This document shows positions 18,568 to 27,657 of a stretch of 64,000 nt of DNA, piece after piece (within the stretch, counting starts at the first letter, position 1; every line of letters begins with the position of its first letter). The DNA is from Planctomycetota bacterium (GTDB lineage Bacteria > Planctomycetota > UBA1135 > UBA2386): the NCBI GenBank assembly GCA_965228735.1, contig OZ245838.1, positions 5,504,001 to 5,568,000 of the forward strand, given 5' to 3'. Both the position numbers and the translations under genes were made by a program. The notes under the pieces are model-generated. The model did not search any database. It was not told the origin of the DNA and was given only the letters and a program-made list of their open reading frames with translations.

Positions 18568-20745
18568 TCAGATGATCTTCTCGATGCTCTGGATGGTGAC
18601 CTGCATCGGGCCGGCCGGCGTTGGGACGTTGGCGGTCTCGCCGACGGCCTTGCCGAGCAGTTCCTGCGCGGCCGGCGCCTTGTAGTTGATCGTGCTGTCG
18701 TCCGAGCCGTCCCACGGCCCGAGGATGCGGTAGGTGTTCTGCTCGCCTTCGCCGTTGACGATCGTGACCTTCGTGCCCGGCGCGGCGATGTCGTCCGGCA
18801 CTTCCTGGTCCTCGATGAGCTTGGCGCCGCGGATCATCTGATCCATCTCCTGCGCCCGCGACGTGAGATTGCGCTGCTCCTCCATCGCGGCTTCCCACTC
18901 GCTGTTCTCGCTGAGATCGCCGAGCGACGCCGCCGCGCCGATCGCCTTGCTGTTCGCCGGGATCTTCTCGTCGACGAGCACGCTGTACTCCGCCTTGATC
19001 CGGGTGAGTCCTTCCTGCGTGGTGAGGACCTCGTACTTCTCCCAGTACGGGATCTCTGGCTCGGCCAGGATATCCGGGTAGGTCTTGAGGATCTCGCGGT
19101 CCACGAGGTCCGACAGCTCCTGCGGGAAGTCCTCGCCCGCGCGGCGGATGATGCCGTGGTACTGCAGGACGTCCTCGCGGCTGATGCCCTCGAGCGCGGT
19201 GTAGATCAGCCCGCGCTTGCCGGCGAGCAAGCTCGTCAGGCGGTTGAGCAGGCGGCCGTGGAGCGCGTTCTTCTTGCGGTCCTCGTTGAGGATGCGGCCG
19301 AGGTGCAGCAGCACGCGGCCCATCGCGACCGGGTGCGGCTTGCGCTCGTGGCCGTCGAACAGCCCCTCGGCGTAGAGCTTGCCGAGCAGGTAGATCGCGA
19401 CGGGATGGCGCCGCGGGTAGGGCGCGATCTTGTCCCAGGTCGGCAGCAGCAGATCGGCCTTCTTGGCCGCGGCGATCTGGTCGACGACGCACTCCATCAC
19501 GGAGTTGGGCCAACGCGTCCACTTGACGGCGCACTGCTCGGCCCAGTTCTCGCCGAGCGCGGTCGGCAGCAGCGCGACCGCGTGCTCGCGCGACTCCTGC
19601 GTCGCGAGGCGGTCGAGCGCCGGGTGATCGAGCGTCCCGTCCTCCTTCACGAGGAGCTCCTTCACTTCCTGCGCCGCCGGAACGGACGCCGAGCGCTCGT
19701 GTTCTTCGAGGAACAGGATGCCGTCGAGGATGTGCGCGTGTGATGCCTGCTTCTCCGCGATCGCCTGCTCGACGACCGTCGTCGTGAGGTCGAGGATCTG
19801 CGTGCGCACCTCGTCGTCCTGGCCGCGCGCGAGGTAGTCGCGCAGGACGCCGATGCGCTGGCCGAGGTCGTTCTCGTGGTGCAGCGCGGCGGTCGCTTCC
19901 TCGAGCAGGCCGACGGGCTTCTTGCGCAGGATGAACGTCGGCCGCGTGCGCGAGCCCTCGACCTTGAGCCACGGGTCCTTGGTCGCCGCGGCGCGGGCGC
20001 GCTTCCAGTAGCTCGCCCACGACTTCTCCGGGATGACCGAGCCCGCGAGCTCCTTCTTGACCTGTGTGCTCGTGATCTCGCCGCGGTAGAGCGACGCGGC
20101 GCGCCGCACGAGCATGCTCGGGTCGTTCTTCGCCTCGTCCTGCAGCTGCTCCATCTGCAGCAGCTTCATCGCGCGCAGGTCGGTCGCCTCGAGCGGCTTG
20201 AAGCTCGAGAGCAGCGTGTCGAGCGGGAACGGCGAGCGCCGGCCGGTCGCGAACTTGACCGTGGCCTCCTCCGTCGCCACGTCGAAGTCGTCGATCACGC
20301 CTTCGCCCCAACCGGCGCCGTGGTAGACGACGTAGCCCTTCGTGTAGCGCCGCAGCCGATCGAACTCACAGATCGCTGCCGCGTCCGAACCATTCGTCAG
20401 TCCGGCGCGCTTCTTCAGCGTCTCGTAGTAGTCCTCGCTGCCGTAGATCTTCTCGACGAACTCGGCGATCTGCGTCGTCAGCGCGTCGTAGTGCGCGTTG
20501 CGCCGCACCATGCAGAAGCCCAGTTCCATCGCCGCCCGCTCGTGACCGCTCGCACTCAGCGCCTCGATCATCGTGCTGCCGAGGTTCAGCGCCTTGCTCG
20601 TTTGGTCGCGATCACACAGCAGGTCGATCACCGCCGCGTAGGCATCCACCTGCTCGGCTTGCGGCGATTCCGCCGCGGCTGCCCACTCGGTCTCCAGGGC
20701 GTCGATTTGGGAGGAACGCGCGAGGTGGACGAGATCTTGCGTCAA
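18568..20745 (-). CDS. greA: GreA/GreB family transcription elongation factor with a long N-terminal extension
   Basis: C-terminal LTTQEG...AASLGDLSENSEW..AMEEQ...YRILGPWD...INYKAP..LLGK, preceded by about 560 aa of mostly helical sequence. Confidence 0.88.
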   Translation of the reverse strand: MTQDLVHLARSSQIDALETEWAAAAESPQAEQVDAYAAVIDLLCDRDQTSKALNLGSTMIEALSASGHERAAMELGFCMVRRNAHYDALTTQIAEFVEKIYGSEDYYETLKKRAGLTNGSDAAAICEFDRLRRYTKGYVVYHGAGWGEGVIDDFDVATEEATVKFATGRRSPFPLDTLLSSFKPLEATDLRAMKLLQMEQLQDEAKNDPSMLVRRAASLYRGEITSTQVKKELAGSVIPEKSWASYWKRARAAATKDPWLKVEGSRTRPTFILRKKPVGLLEEATAALHHENDLGQRIGVLRDYLARGQDDEVRTQILDLTTTVVEQAIAEKQASHAHILDGILFLEEHERSASVPAAQEVKELLVKEDGTLDHPALDRLATQESREHAVALLPTALGENWAEQCAVKWTRWPNSVMECVVDQIAAAKKADLLLPTWDKIAPYPRRHPVAIYLLGKLYAEGLFDGHERKPHPVAMGRVLLHLGRILNEDRKKNALHGRLLNRLTSLLAGKRGLIYTALEGISREDVLQYHGIIRRAGEDFPQELSDLVDREILKTYPDILAEPEIPYWEKYEVLTTQEGLTRIKAEYSVLVDEKIPANSKAIGAAASLGDLSENSEWEAAMEEQRNLTSRAQEMDQMIRGAKLIEDQEVPDDIAAPGTKVTIVNGEGEQNTYRILGPWDGSDDSTINYKAPAAQELLGKAVGETANVPTPAGPMQVTIQSIEKII

Positions 20746-20855
20746 CTTCTAAGGCCTGGTTGCGGTCTATCAGCGAAAATGGGGGCAGGCACGATACCGA
20801 CTCCGAGACCCCGAGACCAGGACCCAAAGCGCAGAAGACCGGACCGCGGAATCTC

Positions 20856-21247
20856 CCGGCCCCGCGCCTAGCGGAAAATGCTGCTCGCAGAGCCCGTACG
20901 CCAAGCCGGGTACGACCGTCCGGCCCCTCTCCCTCGCCCGACCCCCCGAACCCTGCCCATGACAGTCTCCGTACGCCGTCGGCGAGCCTCGCCGTCCGGT
21001 GTTCCAGCCGGCTCCGCGCCTAGCGGAAAATGCTGCTCGCAGAGCCCGTACGCCAAGCCGGGTACGACCGTCCGGCCCCTCTCCCTCGCCCCACCCCCCG
21101 AACCCTGCCCATGACAGTCTCCGCACGCCGTCGGCGAGCCTCGCCGTCCGGTGTTCCAGCCGGCTCCGCGCCTAGCGGAAAATGCTGCTCGCAGAGCCCG
21201 TACGCCAAGCCGGGTACGACCGTCCGGCCCCTCTCCCTCGCCCCACC
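20856..21247. repeat. 152-bp tandem repeat, about 2.5 copies
   Basis: CCGCGCCTAGCGGAAAATGCTGCTCGCAGAGCCCGTACG... recurs at 20862, 21014 and 21166 with only a few substitutions and no unique spacers. Confidence 0.95.
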
Positions 21248-21264
21248 TCCAAATCCACCAAGCC

Positions 21265-21930
21265 CTACTCTGCGAGCCTGGAGATCAGCGTGTTCACATT
21301 CGTCGTCGAACAGCTCTCGTCGAAGCACGAGAGCGGCACCTCATCGAGCACGTCGTCACTCGCGACCACGATCACATAGAACTCCTGACCGTATTGCCCG
21401 CGGAACGCGGTGATCTTCTTCAGGATCGGCGACTTCGGATCCTCGACGCCCTCGATCACGACGCTCTTGCCCTCGCGGCCGCGACCGCGCAGGACGATCT
21501 GCGGAGCGTAGGCCGCGACCCGGCCGCCTTCCTCGAACCTGACCTCGTAGTGGCGCGGTGAATGGCTGTGGACGATTCCGGCCATGCCCAGACGATGGCA
21601 GATGTTCTGCTCGATCGCGCTCGACAGCAGTCGCCCACCGCAGCGGCCGAAACCGCCGCCGCCGCCGCCGTGTGCCATCAATTCGTCGTCATCGTCGACG
21701 TTGACGAGGGCGCGGGGGATGACCAGCGGCGGGGCCTTCTTGGTCGACTTCGCGGCTGCCGGCCGGCTGGCCTTGCCAGAACGGCTGCCGGCCTTCTTCG
21801 CAGGCGGACCCTTGCGAGTCGTCGAGCTGCTCGCGGCGCGCTTCGTCGTCTTCTTCTTGGCCTTCTTGGTGGCCTTGGAGGCCGCGGCCTTGGTCTTCTT
21901 CTTGGGTTTGGTCGGGGCTTTGGATGCCAT
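21265..21930 (-). CDS. protein with a Lys/Ala-rich histone-H1-like N-terminus and a possible degenerate PD-(D/E)XK fold
   Basis: Starts MASKAPTKPKKKTKAAASKATKKAKKK. The C-terminal domain reads SAIEQNICHRL..AGI...YAPQIVL...VVIEGVE...KKITAFRGQY. Confidence 0.7.
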   Translation of the reverse strand: MASKAPTKPKKKTKAAASKATKKAKKKTTKRAASSSTTRKGPPAKKAGSRSGKASRPAAAKSTKKAPPLVIPRALVNVDDDDELMAHGGGGGGFGRCGGRLLSSAIEQNICHRLGMAGIVHSHSPRHYEVRFEEGGRVAAYAPQIVLRGRGREGKSVVIEGVEDPKSPILKKITAFRGQYGQEFYVIVVASDDVLDEVPLSCFDESCSTTNVNTLISRLAE

Positions 21931-22477
21931 CGGGTCAGCGCCTCGGAATCAGGGGTCTCATTGGGCCGGGCGGGCCCGGATCCGGTCTGGCCGCTGCGCT
22001 GCACTGGCTTCCGTCAGACACCGCCGCGCCGTCCTGCCGCGGTCGGGTCCGGAACCCGCGTGTACCGAGGTGCTTCCCGAACCCGCTGCCCGGAATGAGC
22101 TTGTGTGGGTCCGGCAAGAGCTTGAGAGGCAAGCGTCGGCTGGCAGTCGGAGCTTGGGCGGGTCGGTGGAGGCCCGATCGCGTTCAGCTGGCCGAAACGG
22201 CCATTGTAACACGGATCTGCGCTTCGGGAAGTCCTATGACGGCCGTCTCGGACATCTGCCCGTCCCCCTCGAGCCTACTGATGGCTTGCGTGTGGCCCGA
22301 CGTGCGTAACCCGTTGCCCAGGAAGCGATCCCGCGCGGTCGTTCGTCCGGGCGGACCCCAGCACGCGGAAGCTGGCGGCTGGCCGTGGGTGGGGCGCTGT
22401 GGCAGCCGGGAAATCCACACGCATGACATCAGTACCGTTGCTCCGGCGGGCTCGGTGGTCGACAGTCCGGCTCCGCG

Positions 22478-23065
22478 ATGTCCGAACCGTCGACCGACCC
22501 CGTAGCTACGCCCGACGCGAGTTCGAACGAACGGTGGCTGAGCCGGCCGCTGCTCGCGTTCTTGCTGCTGGTCGGCGGCGTTCTCGTCTACTCGGCGGTG
22601 TTGCGTTTCGCCGCAGTGGACCTCGAGACCGCGATCCGCGAGCTCGCGGACGGCGATCTCGAGGGGCCGTATCCGTCGCGGCCGGACGAGCCGAAGGGCT
22701 CCCGCGTGCGGATGCTCGAGGTCGCCCGGGACCTGGGCGCCATGGCCCCGGCCGCGGACGCTCGGGCGCAGTGGGCCGGGCTGCTCGCGGCGGTCGCGCT
22801 CGCGGATCGGCCGGCGTTCGAGGCGGCGGTCGCGCGGCTCGGCGGGGGGGCTGTTCCGAGCATCGTGCCGGTGGGCGAGGCGCGGCGTTTCCTCGATCTC
22901 GGGGACCCGATGCTGGGCAACCTCGCGGCCGCCTTTTGGTCCGAGGCGGCCGGCGATCGCGACCGGGCGCGGCTGCGCTGGCAGCAGGTTGCGGCGCAGT
23001 GTCGATATGCCCCGCGCCCATTGGCGGCGGCCTTGGCCGGCGAGGCGCTCGAACGTCTGCGGTGA
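22478..23065 (+). CDS. hypothetical single-pass membrane protein
   Basis: N-terminal TM (LLAFLLLVGGVLVYSAVL) followed by an Ala-rich helical region. Confidence 0.65.
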   Translation: MSEPSTDPVATPDASSNERWLSRPLLAFLLLVGGVLVYSAVLRFAAVDLETAIRELADGDLEGPYPSRPDEPKGSRVRMLEVARDLGAMAPAADARAQWAGLLAAVALADRPAFEAAVARLGGGAVPSIVPVGEARRFLDLGDPMLGNLAAAFWSEAAGDRDRARLRWQQVAAQCRYAPRPLAAALAGEALERLR

Positions 23066-23186
23066 CAGCGGGTTCTGCACGGTTGCCTGCGAACACCGGG
23101 CGCCGGAACGGGCGATTCCCATCAAGCTGATGGTCGGGTTCATCCGATGCTGAGGGGAAGGGGGCGACCCCGCGCGAGGAACGGCA

Positions 23187-24476
23187 ATGGAAGATACCCG
23201 GCTCGGAGCACTCCTGCTCGAGAGTGGATTGATCACGGAGGAGGACCTCGAACGGTGCCTCTCGATCCAGGCCCTGACCGGCTCGGTCCGGCCCATCGGC
23301 CAGGTGCTGGTGGAGCAGGGCTTCGTCGACCAGGCAACGGTCGGTCGTCTGCTCGCCCTGCAGAAGGAGCGGGCGGTGGCCGCCGCCGCCAAGGTCGCGG
23401 CAAGCGACACGATGAGTTCGTCCCTGCTCGGGGCCGCGGGCGCGAGCCGGGCTTCGGAGATGGTCGTCAGCGAGGGCCGGCGCGTGCGCGTGCGGGTCGG
23501 CGGTGACTGGCGCGATCTGACGAACGATGCGGTCGCGGGTCCGGAGGTCTGGGACTTCGCACGCGAGGTGGTCGGTCCCGAGGTGCTCGAGGAGGTCGCC
23601 GCTGGCAACTCCGTCCTGCGCCCGTTCGAGTCGGCCGACGGCGGCCGTGGCACCGCGCGGGTGTTTCGTCACTTCGACGGAGTCGGCGTTCGGCTGCAGT
23701 TCGAGGTCGCGCCGGACGCGGGTGAGTCGATCGGCGTGCCGGCGTCCGTCAGCGACCTCGTCGCCGAAGGGCGTGGCCTCGTGCTCGTCGCGAGCGAACG
23801 CGGCGAACTGCGCAGTGAAGCGATCGTCCACCTCACGGAACGCGCAGCGCACGATGCGAGCAAGCACGTTATCGTGATCGGTGACGATCCGCTCGCGTTT
23901 GCCGATGCGCCGGCGCTCTGCACGCAGCACCGCCTCGGCGACACGCCGCCGGAGCGGGCCGCCGCGTTGCGGCACGCGTTGCGCCACGATCCGGACGCGA
24001 TCGTCATCGCCGACCTCGGTGACGCCGCGGCGTTCGAGGTGGCCCTGCGAGCTGCCGAAGGCGGACGGCTCGTCATCGCGTGCCTCAGCGCCAGCAGCGT
24101 CGGGGCGGCGTTGCACCGCATCCTCGACTTCTATCCGGAGCACGACCTGCCGCGCGTGCGTTCTGCGCTCGCCGCCGTGTTGCGCGCGGTCGTCGTGCGC
24201 CAACGCCTGCCGCACAGCAGCGGCGAGGACAGCGTGATCGCGAACGAACTCCTGCTCGTCAACGACGCGGTGCGCAATGCGCTGCGGCGCGGCGGGCTGT
24301 CCGATGTCACGGCGTTGCTGCGGCTGCAGAGCGGCGAGTGCGGCCACGCGCTCGACAAGAACATGCTCGAACTGCTGGCGAAGGGCGACGTGCGAATCGA
24401 GGACGTGTTTGCCCGGGCCGAGGAGAAGGCCTGGGTGCTCGAACGAACGCGCGACGTGCAGAACGTCACGGAGTGA
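23187..24476 (+). CDS. MshEN-domain PilT-like protein with a degenerate ATPase site
   Basis: MshEN motifs RLGALLLESGLITEEDLERCLSIQ and IGQVLVEQGFV. PilT-like ALRHDPDAIVIAD, RILDFYP, QRL and AVRNALRRG. Walker A is replaced by ASERGELRS. Confidence 0.8.
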   Translation: MEDTRLGALLLESGLITEEDLERCLSIQALTGSVRPIGQVLVEQGFVDQATVGRLLALQKERAVAAAAKVAASDTMSSSLLGAAGASRASEMVVSEGRRVRVRVGGDWRDLTNDAVAGPEVWDFAREVVGPEVLEEVAAGNSVLRPFESADGGRGTARVFRHFDGVGVRLQFEVAPDAGESIGVPASVSDLVAEGRGLVLVASERGELRSEAIVHLTERAAHDASKHVIVIGDDPLAFADAPALCTQHRLGDTPPERAAALRHALRHDPDAIVIADLGDAAAFEVALRAAEGGRLVIACLSASSVGAALHRILDFYPEHDLPRVRSALAAVLRAVVVRQRLPHSSGEDSVIANELLLVNDAVRNALRRGGLSDVTALLRLQSGECGHALDKNMLELLAKGDVRIEDVFARAEEKAWVLERTRDVQNVTE

Positions 24477-24483
24477 AGCAAGC

Positions 24484-25551
24484 GTGGACAACTCACGACT
24501 CGAAACCCTGTTGACGGCGCTGATCGAGGCCGATGCGGCTGCCGTTCATCTCGTACCCGGACGACCGGCCTGCCTGCGCGCGGCGCGGCGGGTCGTGCCG
24601 TTGTCGGGTGATCCGGTGACGGGCGAGCTCGTCAACGAGTTCGTCCGGGACCTGCTGTTCTCGGACCATCGCGCGACGCTGGCCGCGACGGGCCGCGTCG
24701 AGGTGCTCTACATGGGCCGCGACGGGCGCCGTTACCGCGCCGGCTTCACCGAGTGCGCCGGCGGTCGGGCCATGACGCTGCGGCCGTTGCCGACGGCAGT
24801 GCCGCGGCTCGAGGACCTCGACCTGCCCGCCGAGGTCAAGAGCCTCGTACGCCATCGGTCGGGGCTTGCGCTCGTCGCGGGTCAGTTCGGCGCCGGGCGC
24901 TGGACCACGATGACCGCGCTCGTCGACGCGCTCAACCGCGACCCGAGTCGGCACATCGTCACGATCGAAGATCAGATCGAACTCGTCCACGCGGCCGGCA
25001 ACGCGCTGTTGCACCAGCAGGAGCTCGGGCCACACGTCGAGACCGTGGCGCGCGGCATCCGCCAGGCGGTCGCCCTCGGGGCCGACACGATCGTCGTCGC
25101 CGAGCTGAGCGACCGCGATGCGACCGAAGCGGCACTGGCGGCGGCGGAATCGGGCTGTCTCGTGCTCTGCGGGATCGAGGCCGGGACCGTCGTCGGCGCG
25201 CTCGCCGCGCTCGAACTGCAGGCCGAGACGAACGAACGCTCCCGACTCATGCGGCGGCTCTCCAGGGTGCTGCGCGGCGTGACCTCGCAGTTCCTCCTGC
25301 CGCGCGCGGACTCGGAGGGGCAGGTGCCCGTCGTCGAGATTCTCGCGGGCACGCCGGCGGTCGCCGCTGCGCTGCGAACCGGTGAACTCACGCTGCTCGC
25401 GCCGATCATGGAGCGCTGCCGCGGCATCGGGATGCGGACGGCGGAAGCCGCGCTCGCGGAGCTGCAGTCCAACGGCCTCGTCAGCGCCGCGGATGCCCGC
25501 CTCTACGCGGGCGTCGACATCGGCCTCGGCCGCGCGCCAGCACGCGCCTGA
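24484..25551 (+). CDS. PilT/PilU-like protein with a degenerate Walker A
   Basis: GLALVAGQFGAGRWTT, HIVTIEDQIE, QQELG, IVVAELSD, AAESGCLV and SQFLLPR. Confidence 0.8.
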   Translation: MDNSRLETLLTALIEADAAAVHLVPGRPACLRAARRVVPLSGDPVTGELVNEFVRDLLFSDHRATLAATGRVEVLYMGRDGRRYRAGFTECAGGRAMTLRPLPTAVPRLEDLDLPAEVKSLVRHRSGLALVAGQFGAGRWTTMTALVDALNRDPSRHIVTIEDQIELVHAAGNALLHQQELGPHVETVARGIRQAVALGADTIVVAELSDRDATEAALAAAESGCLVLCGIEAGTVVGALAALELQAETNERSRLMRRLSRVLRGVTSQFLLPRADSEGQVPVVEILAGTPAVAAALRTGELTLLAPIMERCRGIGMRTAEAALAELQSNGLVSAADARLYAGVDIGLGRAPARA

Positions 25552-25752
25552 TCTGCGCGCCTGGTTCGCGCGTCTTGATTCGCGCGACCGACGCCACACC
25601 CGGAGCGCGACGCGGTCGCCGCGCCCGCGGTGACAGGGTCACCACGCAGCGGAACTCCGCCGCTGCTTCGTCGTTTCGGGAGAACCCGCGGAACGGCCCG
25701 TCGCGTCCGCACCTGCGGTTGCCGAACGCCTCAAAAAAGCGCGGCCCCGCGC

Positions 25753-25779
25753 TCAAGCCCAATGCCATGGGGCCGAGCA
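25753..25779 (+). promoter_or_regulatory. putative sigma-28 (FliA) promoter of flagellin
   Basis: TCAAG-N14-GCCGAGCA compared with the consensus TCAAG-N14-GCCGATAA, ending 74 bp before the flagellin ATG. Confidence 0.65.
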
Positions 25780-25782
25780 TTC

Positions 25783-25817
25783 GAGTGACGGTCGGAGATC
25801 GAAGCCGGTCGTCACTC
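25783..25817 (+). promoter_or_regulatory. 13-bp stem-loop in the flagellin 5' UTR
   Basis: GAGTGACGGTCGG pairs with CCGGTCGTCACTC (two G-U pairs) around a 9-nt loop. Confidence 0.5.
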
Positions 25818-25852
25818 TTCGGCGAAACCAAGAAGGCAAAGGGAAACGACCA

Positions 25853-26680
25853 ATGGGACTTCGTGTCAACACGAACATCGCGTCGATCAACGCGCAGCGC
25901 AACACAGCGCTCGTGACGCAGCGGCTGGCCCGCAACTACAACCGGCTCTCTACCGGTCTCCGAATCTCGACCGCCGCGGATGACGCGGCCGGTCTGGCGA
26001 TCTCCGAACGGCTGCGTTCGCAGGTTCGCTCGCTGGCGCAGGCTTCGCGCAACGCCAACGACGGCATCTCGCTCGTGCAGGTCGGTGAGGGCGCGCTCAA
26101 CGAGGTGAGCAACATCCTCGTGCGGCTCCGCGAGCTCACGATCCAATCCGCGAACGGTTCGTCCTCGCCGCAGGACAAGAACACGATCAAGGAAGAGTTC
26201 GACAGCCTCGTCAACGAGGTGAACCGCATCGCGCAGTCGACCGAGTTCAACGGCATCAGGCTGCTGGATGGCTCGGCGTCGACGGTGACGTTCCAGGTCG
26301 GCATCAACACGACGGCGGGCATCGACTCGCTCGACGTGACGCTGACCCCGGCGCTCACGACGTCGCTCGGCCTGAGCACGGTGGACGTCGGTTCGGGCGG
26401 CAACACCAGCTTCGCGATCGGCGCGATCGACGACGCGATCAACCAGGTGTCGGCGTTGCGCGGCAAGTTCGGCTCGCTGCAGAACCGACTGCAGTCGACG
26501 ATCGCCAACCTCGGCGTGACGTCGGAGTCGCTGTCCGCTGCCGAGAGCCGGATCCGCGACGTCGATGTCGCCTACGAGACGGCGCAGCTGACCCGCAACA
26601 ACATCCTGCAGCAGGCCTCGATCTCGATCTTGTCGCAGGCCAACCAGCAGCCCCAGTCGGCGCTGCAGCTGCTGCAGTAA
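25853..26680 (+). CDS. fliC: flagellin (minimal, essentially D0/D1 only)
   Basis: MGLRVNTNIAS, RLSTGLRISTAADDAAGLAISE, NANDGIS, AAESRIRDVDVA and QANQQPQSALQLL; 275 aa. Confidence 0.97.
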   Translation: MGLRVNTNIASINAQRNTALVTQRLARNYNRLSTGLRISTAADDAAGLAISERLRSQVRSLAQASRNANDGISLVQVGEGALNEVSNILVRLRELTIQSANGSSSPQDKNTIKEEFDSLVNEVNRIAQSTEFNGIRLLDGSASTVTFQVGINTTAGIDSLDVTLTPALTTSLGLSTVDVGSGGNTSFAIGAIDDAINQVSALRGKFGSLQNRLQSTIANLGVTSESLSAAESRIRDVDVAYETAQLTRNNILQQASISILSQANQQPQSALQLLQ

Positions 26681-26820
26681 CGCGGCGCCGGCGGCGCGGT
26701 CTCCGAACGGAGTCGCCGAGTCGCTCGGGGCGCGCCGCGCGTCGCAGAACAGCATTCCAATGCCGGCGCAGCGGCTGCCGGCCGATCGGATTTCCTTTGC
26801 CGCAGCGGGCGACGCCCGCG

Positions 26821-26853
26821 GGATCGAGCCGGGCACGCCCGGCTCGATCCTTG
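26821..26853 (+). terminator. GC-rich hairpin downstream of flagellin, possible terminator
   Basis: Perfect stem GGATCGAGCCGGG-CACG-CCCGGCTCGATCC with only a weak T tail. Confidence 0.45.
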
Positions 26854-27039
26854 TACCGGTAGTGCCGCGTACCGGGAGTCACCTTGCCGTTCGCGGGCCC
26901 TTCGCGCCCCTGGCTGCGTCGCGCGTCCTCGGCGTACCCGCCGATACTCCTGCGGATCGCTCCTTGCCAGGAACGCGACTGACCTCGCGAACGGCCAGGT
27001 GACTTCCGATCCACGGCACTCGCTGGCACGATCGTGGGG

Positions 27040-27648
27040 ATGGACTGGCCGCGCATCATCGGCATCGCCGCGACGACGATCATCAGTGGCGCCCTGTGTC
27101 TCGCGATGATTCGCGGCGGACTGCAGCCGCCCGTTCTCGTCGGCGAGTCCTACGAGATCGGACCATCGCCGATCGTGCGGTGGTTCGCGATCGGTGCCGG
27201 CGTGCTGCTGCTCGGGTTCGTTGCGTTGTGCCTCGGGCTGATCATCGCGGGCGAAGCGGACGAGGAGCTGCAGCGGATCGCCTGGATCGCCGTGCCGATG
27301 CTCGCCGCGCTCGGCATCGCGGCGCTCTGCGAGTCGCGCGTTCGCTTGTGGATGGACCGCGACGGCATCCGTGGCCGCACGGCGTTCCGCGGCCGGCGCG
27401 GGGTGCGCTGGGACGAGCTCGAGAAGGTCTCCTATTCCAACACCTCGTCCTGTCTCGTCCTGCGCGATCGACACGGCGAGAAGCTGCGCGTCTCCACGCT
27501 GCACCGCGGCCACAACTATCTGTTCGACGTGCTGATCGCGAAGGTGCCGGAGGAGGTGTGGGCCGAGGGCCTGCGGCGCTATGTCGCGCACCGCGGCGGT
27601 CGGATCAACGCGGGGCCGGGGCGTGACGATGCCTCCGGGCCGCCATAG
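27040..27648 (+). CDS. three-TM membrane protein with a C-terminal bacterial PH-like domain
   Basis: Three hydrophobic helices, then DGIRGRTAFRGRRGVRWDELEKV. Confidence 0.7.
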   Translation: MDWPRIIGIAATTIISGALCLAMIRGGLQPPVLVGESYEIGPSPIVRWFAIGAGVLLLGFVALCLGLIIAGEADEELQRIAWIAVPMLAALGIAALCESRVRLWMDRDGIRGRTAFRGRRGVRWDELEKVSYSNTSSCLVLRDRHGEKLRVSTLHRGHNYLFDVLIAKVPEEVWAEGLRRYVAHRGGRINAGPGRDDASGPP

Positions 27649-27657
27649 GTCCGCCCG

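Noticed and set aside
17804..20311. 835-aa ORF as a single protein
   Set aside because: Only the last 241 aa form a hydrolase. The rest is an alternative frame over greA.
20856..21247. CRISPR array
   Set aside because: The units are 152 bp and contiguous, with no unique spacers and no cas genes.
20770..21413. Short ORFs with repeated peptides (MLLAEPVRQAGYDRP...)
   Set aside because: They are by-products of the DNA repeat. The unit length is not a multiple of 3.
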